Assembly: GCA_000004985.1 (NCBI GenBank)
Contig: GG738865.1
DNA from: Naegleria gruberi
Taxonomy: Eukaryota
Reading direction: 5' to 3' (one strand)
Length of the DNA: 64,000 nucleotides
Shown here: in pieces, positions 18,766 through 28,660 of the stretch
Layout of the letters: every line of letters begins with the position of its first letter
How positions within the stretch are numbered: the first letter of the stretch is position 1
Notes under the pieces: model-generated
Told to the model about the DNA's origin: nothing
Seen by the model: only the letters and a program-made list of their open reading frames with translations
The model's database searches: none
Position numbers and translations under genes: made by a program

Positions 18766-18920
18766 CTATGAGAATTATTTAATTAGAAAGTATTGATCAA
18801 AATTGGATCATGTTTTTTGAGTTTGTAATAATTGAATGGTTGATCAAATTAATTGAAGAATAAATACTGTGAACAGAGAGTTTAGAATAGATATTATTAT
18901 CAAACAATAACTTACCTAAC

Positions 18921-18978
18921 CAGCCATTTGCCAGATGTGACCATATGTTGAGTAAAAGAGAACGAGTACCTTGACCAT
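18921..18978 (-). CDS. WrbA-like quinone oxidoreductase, exon 1 (MVKVLVLFYSTYGHIWQMA, ending in phase 1).
   Basis: The ATG is the plus-strand CAT at 18976-18978, directly preceded by an in-frame TAA. The sequence matches the WrbA N-terminus MAKVLVLYYSMYGHIETMA. The donor is G|GTTAGGTAAGT. The spliced protein is 204 aa. Confidence 0.75.
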
Positions 18979-19405
18979 TTATTGTGTTGATTTGTTTTTT
19001 TTGATTTGTTTGAATTTGATCTTTTGGTGTTTTAGGATTTTGTGATTTATTTGTAACCTTGTTAACATTGATCAGTGTTGTAAAGTCAAAATCAATGAAT
19101 TTCAAAGATTCTTTAAAGATTGATTTATATTTTCAATTACAATTTCATATTCCTCTTGTCAGTTATTGAAATAGTCAATTACACAATTTACTAATTTCTT
19201 TGATACTTCAATTCTACCATCCATTCATTTCAGAATTTGAATCAAAATGTTCCTCACAACCTCTCCTTCGCATTCTCTTTTAACAATCGAATGCACATAA
19301 ACCAATCATTGGTTCATTTTCAAAATTTATTCTTCACGGCACTGCAAATTTAATTCTTTTTTTAAATTCCAACAATAAAAAAATAGCAAAAAACAGTCGA
19401 GAGAG
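18979..19405. promoter_or_regulatory. Divergent intergenic region of 427 bp between the WrbA-like gene (-) and ltn1 (+).
   Basis: Inferred from the head-to-head arrangement. It is very AT-rich with T-runs. Confidence 0.3.
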
Positions 19406-22400
19406 ATGGGTAAGAATACAGAGCAAAGAAAACCAAAATCACAAAAAGGTGCTATTAGTGCTTCTCAAGCAGCGAATGTACTTTCTAGTAAATCTGGTAG
19501 TAGTTCTAGTGGTGGTTTATTGGGAAGCTCATTGATGGAAGCCTTTAGTAAAAAATCAAGCCTTGGCTCATCATCATTGGATTCATCTTCATCATCTTCA
19601 TCATCATCATCACTCGATCCAACTGTACAATCCTATTTAAAACATTTAAATAAGAGAGATCCAACAACAAGATGTAAAGCATTACAATCTCTTACACAAT
19701 ACATTTCCGAACAACAACCAGAAGATCAAACTAATACATGTAAAAACATTTTAGAACATTTTGAAGAAGTATTTAAAAAGATTGCAGTGATAGACCTTGA
19801 TAGAAAAGTTAGATTAAATTTATTTATTTTATGGAAATTAATTGTTCAAAATGTAGGAAAGAAATTAGGTTTTCATATTAAAAAGATTATGCCATATTGG
19901 TTAATGGAAATGGTTGGAATTGATGATAGAGATGTTTCTAAAGCTGCTATTGCTGCATTTCATCAAGGATTTCCTCCAGAAAAGAGAGATGCTGCTATTT
20001 TATACTGCGATAATGAAATTATGAATAATTTATTTGAAAATTTTAATCAAACTGTAGAATCTTTAAGTTTAAACGAAACTGAACAACAAAGTATTACTAA
20101 AGAAGAAGCAGAAGAAAGATATTCAAGATTTATTACTAGTTCTATTCTAATGTTAAACAAAATGATTGATTTAACTACCCAACAACAACAACAAACAAGT
20201 CAACCAGCAACAGGTGAATCCTATAAGAAAATATTTGGATCTAAGAATTTTTGGAAGTTTTTAGGTATTAAATCTTATACAAATATTAGAGAAGCTATGA
20301 GTAGATTGACAATTACTTTACTCAAGAATGATTTATTGAAAAAGGATGATCCTGAAGTAGTTGAACATATTGTTCCATTTGTTGCTCCAATTTTTATTGG
20401 ATGTTTTAATCAACAACCTTTAGAAAGAACAACTTTGGATTCTTTAATTTTGTTTTTACAAAAATTTGCTCCTGAATGTTGGGCTCATGTTAATGTTTGG
20501 AAACAAACATTCCCTAGATTCTTTTCATTCCTTAAAGATCCATCTAATCCATCAATTAACTATCCAATTGTATTACCTTTCATTTCAATGTTAAATACTT
20601 CTATTTATGGAGCTGATAAGTCAATCAAATTTGTTTCTGATTTATTTGAAAATATGTGGATTGGTTTTGAAAAGTATTGTTCTTCAAATAATCCAAATGT
20701 AAATTCTGCTACTAATAGACAAGCTATTAAAGCTGATAGAGATGCAATTATTGATTCTATTTGTAATTGTATTATTTACATTGCTTTGCAAACTGAAAAA
20801 TATTGCACTGAAGAACAAAAACCAGAAATTCTCAAAATTACTAGATCTACCTTAGAAAAGATTACCATTTATTATTTAACAAATTCAAATACTGTTAATT
20901 ATGGTAAATATCTTTCAGCTGCAATTACAAAGATACAATCAAAACCAGAATTAGCAGAATATATGAATCAATTTTGGAGTGAAATTACAAACTTTACTTT
21001 GAATAATATTAACAAGATTGATGTAGTTTCAATTGAAATTTTCATTTCTAGGTGTGTTAAAGAAAAATTGGAACATGTTTTTAAACTTGCTCATGAATTA
21101 TTTGACAAGTGTATGATGATTGGACAAATTGATGTTGCATCCGCAGTTGCATTCTCCTATCCAACTGTATTGAAATCAACATTATTTGAAGATACTTTGA
21201 AAACTTTATGGCAAACAAGTCAATTCAATGAACATGTTCAACAAATTGTTGGTCTCTATTTTACTCAATTCCAAGATCAATTTGAAAAGTTTGAAAAAGT
21301 TTTAGAAGAAGAAATTAAAGAAGGAAGAGCTCAAGTTCCAATTTTCCCACTCCTCAGATCACTCTACTCTGAGGAAGAAACATTCAGCAAGACTAGTGTT
21401 TCATTGGAAAAGTCATTGTTGGCTAGAAGAGATCTCGACAGTATTGAATATCTCATCACTCACAAACTCTATTCATCAAAGGAAGATTTGAGAAGACTTT
21501 TAACTGATATCATTTCCAATGGAGATGATTTACAAGAAAGAGCTGTTGAATTTATCATTTCTACACCAAGTGAATATAGTATTGACAAGAGTGTTTTGTT
21601 TGCTTTATTCAAGGGTGCTCATTATGGTACTTTGGCTCAATTAATTTCTGATAAACCAAAGCAACAAGAAGACGATGAGGAGGAAGAACAAGATCATGAT
21701 GAAGAGGAAGTTTACACCAATGTTATTACAAGTGAAATGAAGAGTGAATTGTTGAATGATATTACCATCTATTTGAAAGATATCATTACACAAGATTCCA
21801 AGATTACCAATGATATTATTTTAGATCAATTCCTTAAACTTGTAGAATTATCTGGTAGTAATACTCTTGCTGATTCTGTTTTATTGAATTATGAAAATGA
21901 TTCAGTTTGGTCTTTTATTAGAAATCAATGTGCATCCAATCTTAAACCAATTGTTATTGGTAATCAAGTTATTTGGAATAGTACAAAAGATACCAATGTT
22001 TCTGAATTGGAAAAGTCAGTTATCAAGTATAGTCGTTTAGTTTGTGTTGTATTGTCCTATGTTGAAGCAATTCACAAGAATCAAATGGAAATTAGAGAAC
22101 AAAAATGGGAATGGCTTGTTAGAGAAGTTTTACATTCCTTCTATTTTGAATTCTTATTCAATGATTTTACCAAGAATTTAATTAACAAATTCTTAGCTCA
22201 TGTTAATTCAACTGAAGGTTTAAATCTTGAATTTTGTGAATATTTAGCTCATAGACATGAATTGGAATTGTTAAAGATTTACATTTCCATGAATTCTGAT
22301 AAGGTTTCTGGTTTAGATTGTAGCAAGTTATTATTCAAAACAGAAGATGTTAATGATGTTATTTCTGATAAGAACAAATCTAATACTTTCTATGAACTTG

Positions 22401-24148
22401 TTCAATCATTATTTGATAATGACACTGATTTGAGAGGTTTAACAATTTCCAATGAAAAAGTAACTGAATGGTTACTTGGATGTATTAGTATTTCAAGTAC
22501 ATTGGATAATCTTTCAGAGAGTAGCTATGATCACTTAAATTTAATCAAAGTACAAGCAGCTTTATCAATTGTCTATTGTAAACAATTTGTCAATACTTTA
22601 GAAGATGAAGAAGAAATTACCATTGATTCTATTATTGATTTTGCTAAAGAATTTTATGAACAAATCAAACAATCAAATTCTTCTACTGAATTGAATCAAA
22701 TTAGTATTATTGTTGCTAATTTATTAATTAGTGTTTATGGAACTAATGATACAGTTAAAATTGAAGATAATACCTTTGTTGAACAATTTATTACTTCAAA
22801 CTTGCAAGAATTAACAAATAATTTAGAAAATAATTTCGAGTTACTTGATAAGATTATTCATTTATCAGCATGTGTCGCTAAACACAAGAAGAATATTATG
22901 ATTGTTGAAAAACTCATTCATACATTCTTACTTTTGAATAGAGAATCTTTAAATCTCTCAAATCAATATCCAACTGTTATGGAGAGACTTATTAGTAGAA
23001 GTTCAAAATATTTGAAACCATTACAATTATATCAAAATTATTCTGAAATTAAATTAGAAAGTAATTATATTAAGGAAATTTTAGAAATTATTGAAAATAG
23101 TCAAATTGCCAATGCTAAAATTGTTGCAACTGATTTACTGTTATTAACAAATTATCATCAAGATGGTGAAAAAGTTTTAAAACTTATGGAAAATATGAAG
23201 AAACATGTACCTGAACAATTTAATAATATTCTTCAAGAAAGTGCAGTTAGAAATAAGCACATGACACAATTTGTTCAATTATATTCTGAATATAGTAATG
23301 ATAATAATAATGAGTTACCATATTTATTATCTTGGTATTATATTCTTTGTTTAATTGAAACAGATGCAATTTCTCAAGATCAAAATGATAATTCCTTTGA
23401 TTTATTTACCAAACTTAAAGAAAGTCAAGCTTATGCACCAATTTTAAGTTTATTAACATGTTTCTTATATAGTGGTGAGGATGCAATGTTTTCAATGGAA
23501 TTTAGAGAATTTGGAGATGATTTAATGTACAAATTTTCTAAAGTTTTACCTTTATTTGTTAGAATGTGGTTTAATAATTGTAATGATACAGTTACAATTG
23601 ATTGGATTCAAAAGAGATTTTCTGATTCATATAGTCCTGCCATTATTAGAGATGAAATTTCAAAGATTAAAAAATCAGATGCACTCTCAAAATCACTTGG
23701 AGCTAAAATTTCAATGGGAAATCAAATTATTGCCAAATATGAACAAGATGAAGTAGTGTTAAAATTAACAATCAAAATACCAGATTTATATCCATTGAAA
23801 CCACTTCAAATTGAATCTAATGAACATTCAGCAGTTGATGAAAATAAGTATAGAAAATGGATATTGAAAATGACAACCATGTTATTTAGTCAAGTAACAA
23901 GTAATGGTGTTTCAGATGTTTTAGTTTTATGGAAGGAGAATTTAGACAAACATTTCCAAGGAGTTGAACCATGTCCAATTTGTTACAGTGTTGTTTCTGG
24001 AAGAGATCACCAAATACCAAAAGTTGAATGTAAAATTTGTCATAACAAATTCCATGGTGCTTGTATTTATAGATGGTTCTCTACAAGTGGAAATCAAACT
24101 TGTCCAATGTGTCGTAGTATTGGTCAATTTGTTTCAAATCATAAATAA
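19406..24148 (+). CDS. ltn1: E3 ubiquitin ligase Listerin (LTN1/Rkr1), a ribosome-associated quality-control factor. It has HEAT-like repeats and a C-terminal RING.
   Basis: Single 1580-codon ORF with the ATG at 19406. The C-terminal RING EPCPICYSVVSGRDHQIPKVECKICHNKFHGACIYRWFSTSGNQTCPMCRS matches human LTN1 ([49 protein letters not shown]). The N-terminal domain (LQSLTQYI…KKIMPYWLMEM…) resembles the listerin N-terminal domain. Confidence 0.9.
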   Translation: MGKNTEQRKPKSQKGAISASQAANVLSSKSGSSSSGGLLGSSLMEAFSKKSSLGSSSLDSSSSSSSSSSLDPTVQSYLKHLNKRDPTTRCKALQSLTQYISEQQPEDQTNTCKNILEHFEEVFKKIAVIDLDRKVRLNLFILWKLIVQNVGKKLGFHIKKIMPYWLMEMVGIDDRDVSKAAIAAFHQGFPPEKRDAAILYCDNEIMNNLFENFNQTVESLSLNETEQQSITKEEAEERYSRFITSSILMLNKMIDLTTQQQQQTSQPATGESYKKIFGSKNFWKFLGIKSYTNIREAMSRLTITLLKNDLLKKDDPEVVEHIVPFVAPIFIGCFNQQPLERTTLDSLILFLQKFAPECWAHVNVWKQTFPRFFSFLKDPSNPSINYPIVLPFISMLNTSIYGADKSIKFVSDLFENMWIGFEKYCSSNNPNVNSATNRQAIKADRDAIIDSICNCIIYIALQTEKYCTEEQKPEILKITRSTLEKITIYYLTNSNTVNYGKYLSAAITKIQSKPELAEYMNQFWSEITNFTLNNINKIDVVSIEIFISRCVKEKLEHVFKLAHELFDKCMMIGQIDVASAVAFSYPTVLKSTLFEDTLKTLWQTSQFNEHVQQIVGLYFTQFQDQFEKFEKVLEEEIKEGRAQVPIFPLLRSLYSEEETFSKTSVSLEKSLLARRDLDSIEYLITHKLYSSKEDLRRLLTDIISNGDDLQERAVEFIISTPSEYSIDKSVLFALFKGAHYGTLAQLISDKPKQQEDDEEEEQDHDEEEVYTNVITSEMKSELLNDITIYLKDIITQDSKITNDIILDQFLKLVELSGSNTLADSVLLNYENDSVWSFIRNQCASNLKPIVIGNQVIWNSTKDTNVSELEKSVIKYSRLVCVVLSYVEAIHKNQMEIREQKWEWLVREVLHSFYFEFLFNDFTKNLINKFLAHVNSTEGLNLEFCEYLAHRHELELLKIYISMNSDKVSGLDCSKLLFKTEDVNDVISDKNKSNTFYELVQSLFDNDTDLRGLTISNEKVTEWLLGCISISSTLDNLSESSYDHLNLIKVQAALSIVYCKQFVNTLEDEEEITIDSIIDFAKEFYEQIKQSNSSTELNQISIIVANLLISVYGTNDTVKIEDNTFVEQFITSNLQELTNNLENNFELLDKIIHLSACVAKHKKNIMIVEKLIHTFLLLNRESLNLSNQYPTVMERLISRSSKYLKPLQLYQNYSEIKLESNYIKEILEIIENSQIANAKIVATDLLLLTNYHQDGEKVLKLMENMKKHVPEQFNNILQESAVRNKHMTQFVQLYSEYSNDNNNELPYLLSWYYILCLIETDAISQDQNDNSFDLFTKLKESQAYAPILSLLTCFLYSGEDAMFSMEFREFGDDLMYKFSKVLPLFVRMWFNNCNDTVTIDWIQKRFSDSYSPAIIRDEISKIKKSDALSKSLGAKISMGNQIIAKYEQDEVVLKLTIKIPDLYPLKPLQIESNEHSAVDENKYRKWILKMTTMLFSQVTSNGVSDVLVLWKENLDKHFQGVEPCPICYSVVSGRDHQIPKVECKICHNKFHGACIYRWFSTSGNQTCPMCRSIGQFVSNHK

Positions 24149-24426
24149 TTTGTTCTTTTTTCATATGTTGTTATTAGTACTCTCTTTGTTCATTGTTGTT
24201 GTATCCAATATATATTGGAACACTTTCATTCATAGGTAAGGTTACATTGGCTGTTTGTTGAATAATGAAGCAGAGAATTCAACATGTTTTCAGACTAGTC
24301 AATAAATATCTTAGAGTCATCATTACTAAAGAATCTTCCTTATTGCTGTTTCATACATCAATGATTGCTTCAAACCTATTTAAAATCACCATTTGATGAT
24401 CAATTAAAATCAAAAATCATTAAAAA

Positions 24427-26334
24427 ATGCAAAATTCAACCTCTTCATCTACTTCATCACTCGGAGGAAGTAGCAATGGTAGCACAAAGCCTAAAGTTAA
24501 ACCACTTCCAACAGCTCCACTCACCTCCAATCATCACCAACAACAACAACAACAATATTCAAAATCACCAAATACAACAACTTTTTATCCTCCTCCATCA
24601 TCTTCATCATCTTCATCATTAGCCTCTCATTCATCCAATAATACAAATCATACAAATCATCATCATACAAATAATAATCAATATGAATCTAATCTAACAG
24701 ATCAAGATCAACAAACATTAACCAATACAATTATTAAAGAATATTTAACAGCACAAGATGTAATTGATACATTTAAATTAGATGAACAATATCCATCATT
24801 AAAAACAAGTGAATTATCTTATTTTTATGATTTACTAGATGATGAATTTGATGATTATGGTGAAAATTTATCAATTTTTGAAAAATTTTATTACCATAAT
24901 TCAACTATTCAAAATTTAGATCATTTTAATAATAATTTATCTAATAATAATAATAATTTATTAAATAATAATAATTTATCTAATAATAATAATTCTAATA
25001 ATTTAAATAATTTATCTAATAATAATTTAAATAATAATAATTTAATTAATTCAAATTTTAATATTGAAAGTAAAATTGATGAAAAAATGATAATTAATGA
25101 ATTAAATTCCAATTCTGAAATGACAAGATTAAAATCAATTAGAGATTTAAAATTACTTGTAAAATATAAAAAAGAATATTCCATATTTATATTACCACAA
25201 TTATTTTCCTTATATAGTACAATTGAAGATGAAGAACATTATAAACAAAATTATGAATTTAATTCAACATTTCAAATATTACAAGTTATTACTTTTATTA
25301 GTGAAAATTATTCAATTGAATGTAAAAAAGAATATTCAAATCATTTTTATAACATGTTATATATTTTATCAAAAAGGAAATTACCTAAAAAGTATACAAA
25401 CAAATTTATTATAATTAATTTTTTAAAATTATTAAATATTTACATGCCAAATTATTTAATTGATAAAAATGATTTTTATGAATTTGAAAATATTGCATTT
25501 CCTTATTATATTAAATTTATTTCTTTAAATTTTATTTTATTTAATTCTTTATATTTTAATTTTATTTTAAAATCTTTAAAAATTACAAATTTGGAAATTA
25601 AAAATGAAATTGAAAATATTATTGATTTTTATTTTTATATTTTTAATGAATTTAAATATACTAAATATGTAATTAATCAATTAAAAGATTTATTTTCAAT
25701 TATTAATGAAAAATATTTAAATTCTACTTTACAATATTTTATTAATTTATTTAAAAATGAAAAATTAATTTTAGTAATGATTTTAAATAGTATTAATTTT
25801 AAATATTTAAAAAATTTAAATATTTTAGAAATTTTAAATGAAAATTTATTAAATAATTTTGAAAATAATTTAAAATTACTTGATATAGGTGAACAAGTAA
25901 TTTTATTTAATAATTTATTTAATTTATTTAATATTTTATTTAAATTTAATGATAATTTAATTTCTATTTTTATTAAATTACATGAAAATTATTTTGAAAA
26001 TATTTATAAACCATATCATTCATGTTTAAATTTTATTAATAATAGAATTAAATATACAAAATTAGAAAATGTTAAAATACAAGATGTTACAATTAAAATT
26101 TTAATTATTTTTAAAAATTTAATTAAAAAATCAAATTTTGATGAAATTATTTATAATTATTATAAATATTCAATTATTAATAATAATTTTAATATTTTAA
26201 ATTTAAATGAATTTAATCAATGTTTAATTCAAATATTAAAAAATAATAATAATTTAAATATTGATTTATTAAATGAAATTAAATTATTAACAGATAATGA
26301 TGATTTAATTCAATTAATTAATGAAAAATGTTAA
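24427..26334 (+). CDS. Lineage-specific low-complexity protein of 635 aa. The N-terminal third is Ser/Gln/Asn/His-rich, followed by poly-Asn, followed by an extremely Asn/Ile/Leu/Phe/Lys-rich C-terminal half. Function unknown.
   Basis: ATG at 24427. A 1.9-kb ORF stays open through DNA that is over 85% A+T at 25400-26330, where stops would be frequent by chance. This suggests selection. There is no recognisable domain. Confidence 0.45.
   Translation: MQNSTSSSTSSLGGSSNGSTKPKVKPLPTAPLTSNHHQQQQQQYSKSPNTTTFYPPPSSSSSSSLASHSSNNTNHTNHHHTNNNQYESNLTDQDQQTLTNTIIKEYLTAQDVIDTFKLDEQYPSLKTSELSYFYDLLDDEFDDYGENLSIFEKFYYHNSTIQNLDHFNNNLSNNNNNLLNNNNLSNNNNSNNLNNLSNNNLNNNNLINSNFNIESKIDEKMIINELNSNSEMTRLKSIRDLKLLVKYKKEYSIFILPQLFSLYSTIEDEEHYKQNYEFNSTFQILQVITFISENYSIECKKEYSNHFYNMLYILSKRKLPKKYTNKFIIINFLKLLNIYMPNYLIDKNDFYEFENIAFPYYIKFISLNFILFNSLYFNFILKSLKITNLEIKNEIENIIDFYFYIFNEFKYTKYVINQLKDLFSIINEKYLNSTLQYFINLFKNEKLILVMILNSINFKYLKNLNILEILNENLLNNFENNLKLLDIGEQVILFNNLFNLFNILFKFNDNLISIFIKLHENYFENIYKPYHSCLNFINNRIKYTKLENVKIQDVTIKILIIFKNLIKKSNFDEIIYNYYKYSIINNNFNILNLNEFNQCLIQILKNNNNLNIDLLNEIKLLTDNDDLIQLINEKC
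24928..25050 (+). repeat. Coding (AAT)n microsatellite punctuated by TTA/TCT, encoding an NNLSNNNNNLLNNNNLSNNNNSNNLNNLSNNNLNNNNL poly-Asn tract.
   Basis: Seen directly in the sequence and in the ORF translation. Confidence 0.7.
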
Positions 26335-26883
26335 ATATTTGATTAATTATTATAATAAAAATACAAATTTGTAATTTTATCAAGTTATTCTTATCTAAAT
26401 GATCCAATTCAATAATTTTACAGTAATAAATGTTCTATATGAACTCCTTTCCCTTGTCAGTTAAAATCTGATCATTAATCACATATAATTAGATGTTATA
26501 TGTTCATATCAATATTTAGCAGTTAATTGTTTGTGTGTTCTGATATTCCTTTTTTCCTCATCTTCTATTTCATTTTCAATTAGAAGATGAAAGAGTTCGC
26601 ATCACCACACAGAAAAACACAAACGTTGAACTCTATTAATAAATCCATGATGAAAATGCAACACTTTTAAAAAAATAGAAGAAAATAACAATAGCTGTAC
26701 AAATCATTAACGTGATCTGATCAACAACAAAAGCCTTTATTTTTGAAAAATCAAAACAACACGACTACATTTTGATCATATTATACAATATCGGATCAGC
26801 CTCATCACCTACAATAATATAACTCGTTATTATTAAATCATTAAATCAAAATACATCAACCTATATAAATATATAAAAATAAA

Positions 26884-27516
26884 ATGTTAGAAGCAATATT
26901 TGGTAAGAAAAAGACACCTAAAGAATTACTTCGTGAATATAAAAGAAATATTGAACGTACAATGAGACAAATGGAAAGAGAAAGATTAAAATTACAAAAT
27001 CAAGAAAAGAAATTAATTAATGATATGCGTCGTTTGGCAAGACAAAATCAAATGGAAACAGTTAAAATTATGGCTAAAGATTTAGTTCGTACACGTAATC
27101 ATATAACTAAAATGCACAAAATGAATGCTCAACTTCAAGCAATTTCATTAAAATTGACAACTTTAAATTCAACAAATGAAATGACACAAGCAATGAAAGG
27201 AATGACAAGAACAATGACATTAATGAACAAACGTTTAAATTTACCTGAAATGCAAAAGATTATGCAAGAATTTATGAAACAAAATGAAATGATGGATATG
27301 AAAGAAGAAATGATGGGAGATATGATGGATGATGTTATGGAAGATGATGAAGTTGAAGAAGATGAATTAGTAAATCAAGTTTTAGATGAAATTGGTTTAG
27401 ATATGAGTGGTAAATTAGGTAAAACTCCAAATAATAAGATTTTAAATGAAGAAACAGAACAACAAGATAATACAGATGATTTACAAGAACGTTTAGAAAA
27501 TTTAAGAAAGAATTAA
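26884..27516 (+). CDS. chmp2a: ESCRT-III subunit CHMP2A/Vps2 (Snf7 family).
   Basis: 210 aa. MLEAIFGKKKTPKELLREYKRNIERTMRQMERERLKLQNQEKKLINDMRRLARQNQMETVKIMAKDLVRTR… is nearly collinear with human CHMP2A (MDLLFGRRKTPEELLRQNQRALNRAMRELDRERQKLETQEKKIIADIKKMAKQGQMDAVRIMAKDLVRTR…). The C-terminal DLQERLENLRKN matches the MIM motif DLEERLKNLRRD. Confidence 0.92.
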   Translation: MLEAIFGKKKTPKELLREYKRNIERTMRQMERERLKLQNQEKKLINDMRRLARQNQMETVKIMAKDLVRTRNHITKMHKMNAQLQAISLKLTTLNSTNEMTQAMKGMTRTMTLMNKRLNLPEMQKIMQEFMKQNEMMDMKEEMMGDMMDDVMEDDEVEEDELVNQVLDEIGLDMSGKLGKTPNNKILNEETEQQDNTDDLQERLENLRKN

Positions 27517-27702
27517 TTTTTTAGTACCCTTTCTTTGTAAATATATTAAACAATTTTTGTAATTCTATTATTTTTTAATTTGATCTCTATTATTATTATT
27601 TGTTTTTACTCAAATCATTCGAGAATTGAGGTGAAAATAAATTTCAATCAAGGCTTGATGTTTTTTTTAAAAAAATGAAAAGCCTTTAATCGGATCACAA
27701 CN

Positions 27703-27751
27703 NNNNNNNNNNNNNNNNNNNNNNNNNNNNNNNNNNNNNNNNNNNNNNNNN
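27703..27751. other. Assembly gap (49 N).
   Basis: Run of n characters. Confidence 1.
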
Positions 27752-28374
27752 TTGTTGGGACTACTGCTCTTGATTGCATTTTGCAGCTCGACTTCTTTCA
27801 TTCATGCACAAGAAGAACAACAAGCAGGAAGACAACATCCACAACCTTCAGGAATGAGACCAAGACCACCACGTCCAATTCATTCAGGAGAAAGACCACC
27901 AAGACCTCATCCTGAACACTCTGGAATAAGACCAAGACCATCTGGAGGACACAAACTCCATCCACAGCCAAGACCTTCAGGAATGAGACCACGTCCATCT
28001 TATGCTCGTCCAAGACCTTCTGGACCAAAACCTCGTCCACCAGGACCAAAACATTCAGGACAAAGACCACCACGTCCACAGCTCCACCAAAAGATTCTAC
28101 AACTATTGAGCCAGACAATGATATTGCTCAAAATCAAACTGGAGAAATTTACCATGGAGAAAAGGAAGGAAATGAATTGACAATGGAAATTATCATCTTT
28201 TCTAGTGTTGGAGCTGGAATTTTATTGATTGGAGTTGTAATTGCTATTGCTCTTGTTAATTTCTTGATTTTGAAAAATAACAAGACTAAATTTCAAACTC
28301 ATACTGAACTTGTGGATGATGAAGCTGATACTACAAGAATTTTGGGTATTAACGATGGATCTGTTCATGCCTAA
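27752..28374 (+). CDS. Proline-rich tandem-repeat type-I membrane protein. It is 5'-truncated by the assembly gap and carries an apparent +1/-1 frameshift near 28077-28082, so it is either a sequence error or a pseudogene.
   Basis: Frame 1 (27752..28180) reads a signal-peptide-like (L)LGLLLLIAFCSSTSFIHA, then six or more SG-x-RP(R/P)P repeats. After the shift, frame 2 (open from about 28021, track ORF 28177..28374) reads APPKDSTTIEPDNDIAQNQTGEIYHGEKEGNELTMEIIIFSSVGAGILLIGVVIAIALVNFLIL, which is a TM helix, followed by a short cytoplasmic tail. Confidence 0.45.
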
Positions 28375-28660
28375 ATAAAAAGTCAATATAATTCAAACCT
28401 TGATATTACACCAAGTTTACAACACAGTTTTATTCAATTTTAGAAAGATCCAATGGTAAGATTTTGTTCTTTCAAGGAAACAATCTTTTGAGGACTCGAA
28501 AATTTCAACACCCATCACTAGCAATCGTATATCTCTCTTCATTCAAAACTGTCAAAGATCTTATTAACTGAGGTCAGTACCTCCATCCAAATCCTTTAAA
28601 AACCTTCTTTAATCCTCACTCCCAAATCTCTCCCAGCAACGTTTTTTCCCACAATGGTCA

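Noticed and set aside
18797-19105. 102-aa minus-strand ORF upstream of the WrbA-like gene.
   Set aside because: It covers WrbA exon 1 in the wrong frame plus the 5' intergenic region. The true exon-1 frame has a TAA immediately before its ATG, so this ORF cannot be an N-terminal extension.
27798-28118. 106-aa minus-strand ORF that is Val/Leu/Asp-rich.
   Set aside because: It is the antisense shadow of the CCA/CGT-rich proline-repeat gene. It has no start context and low-complexity composition.
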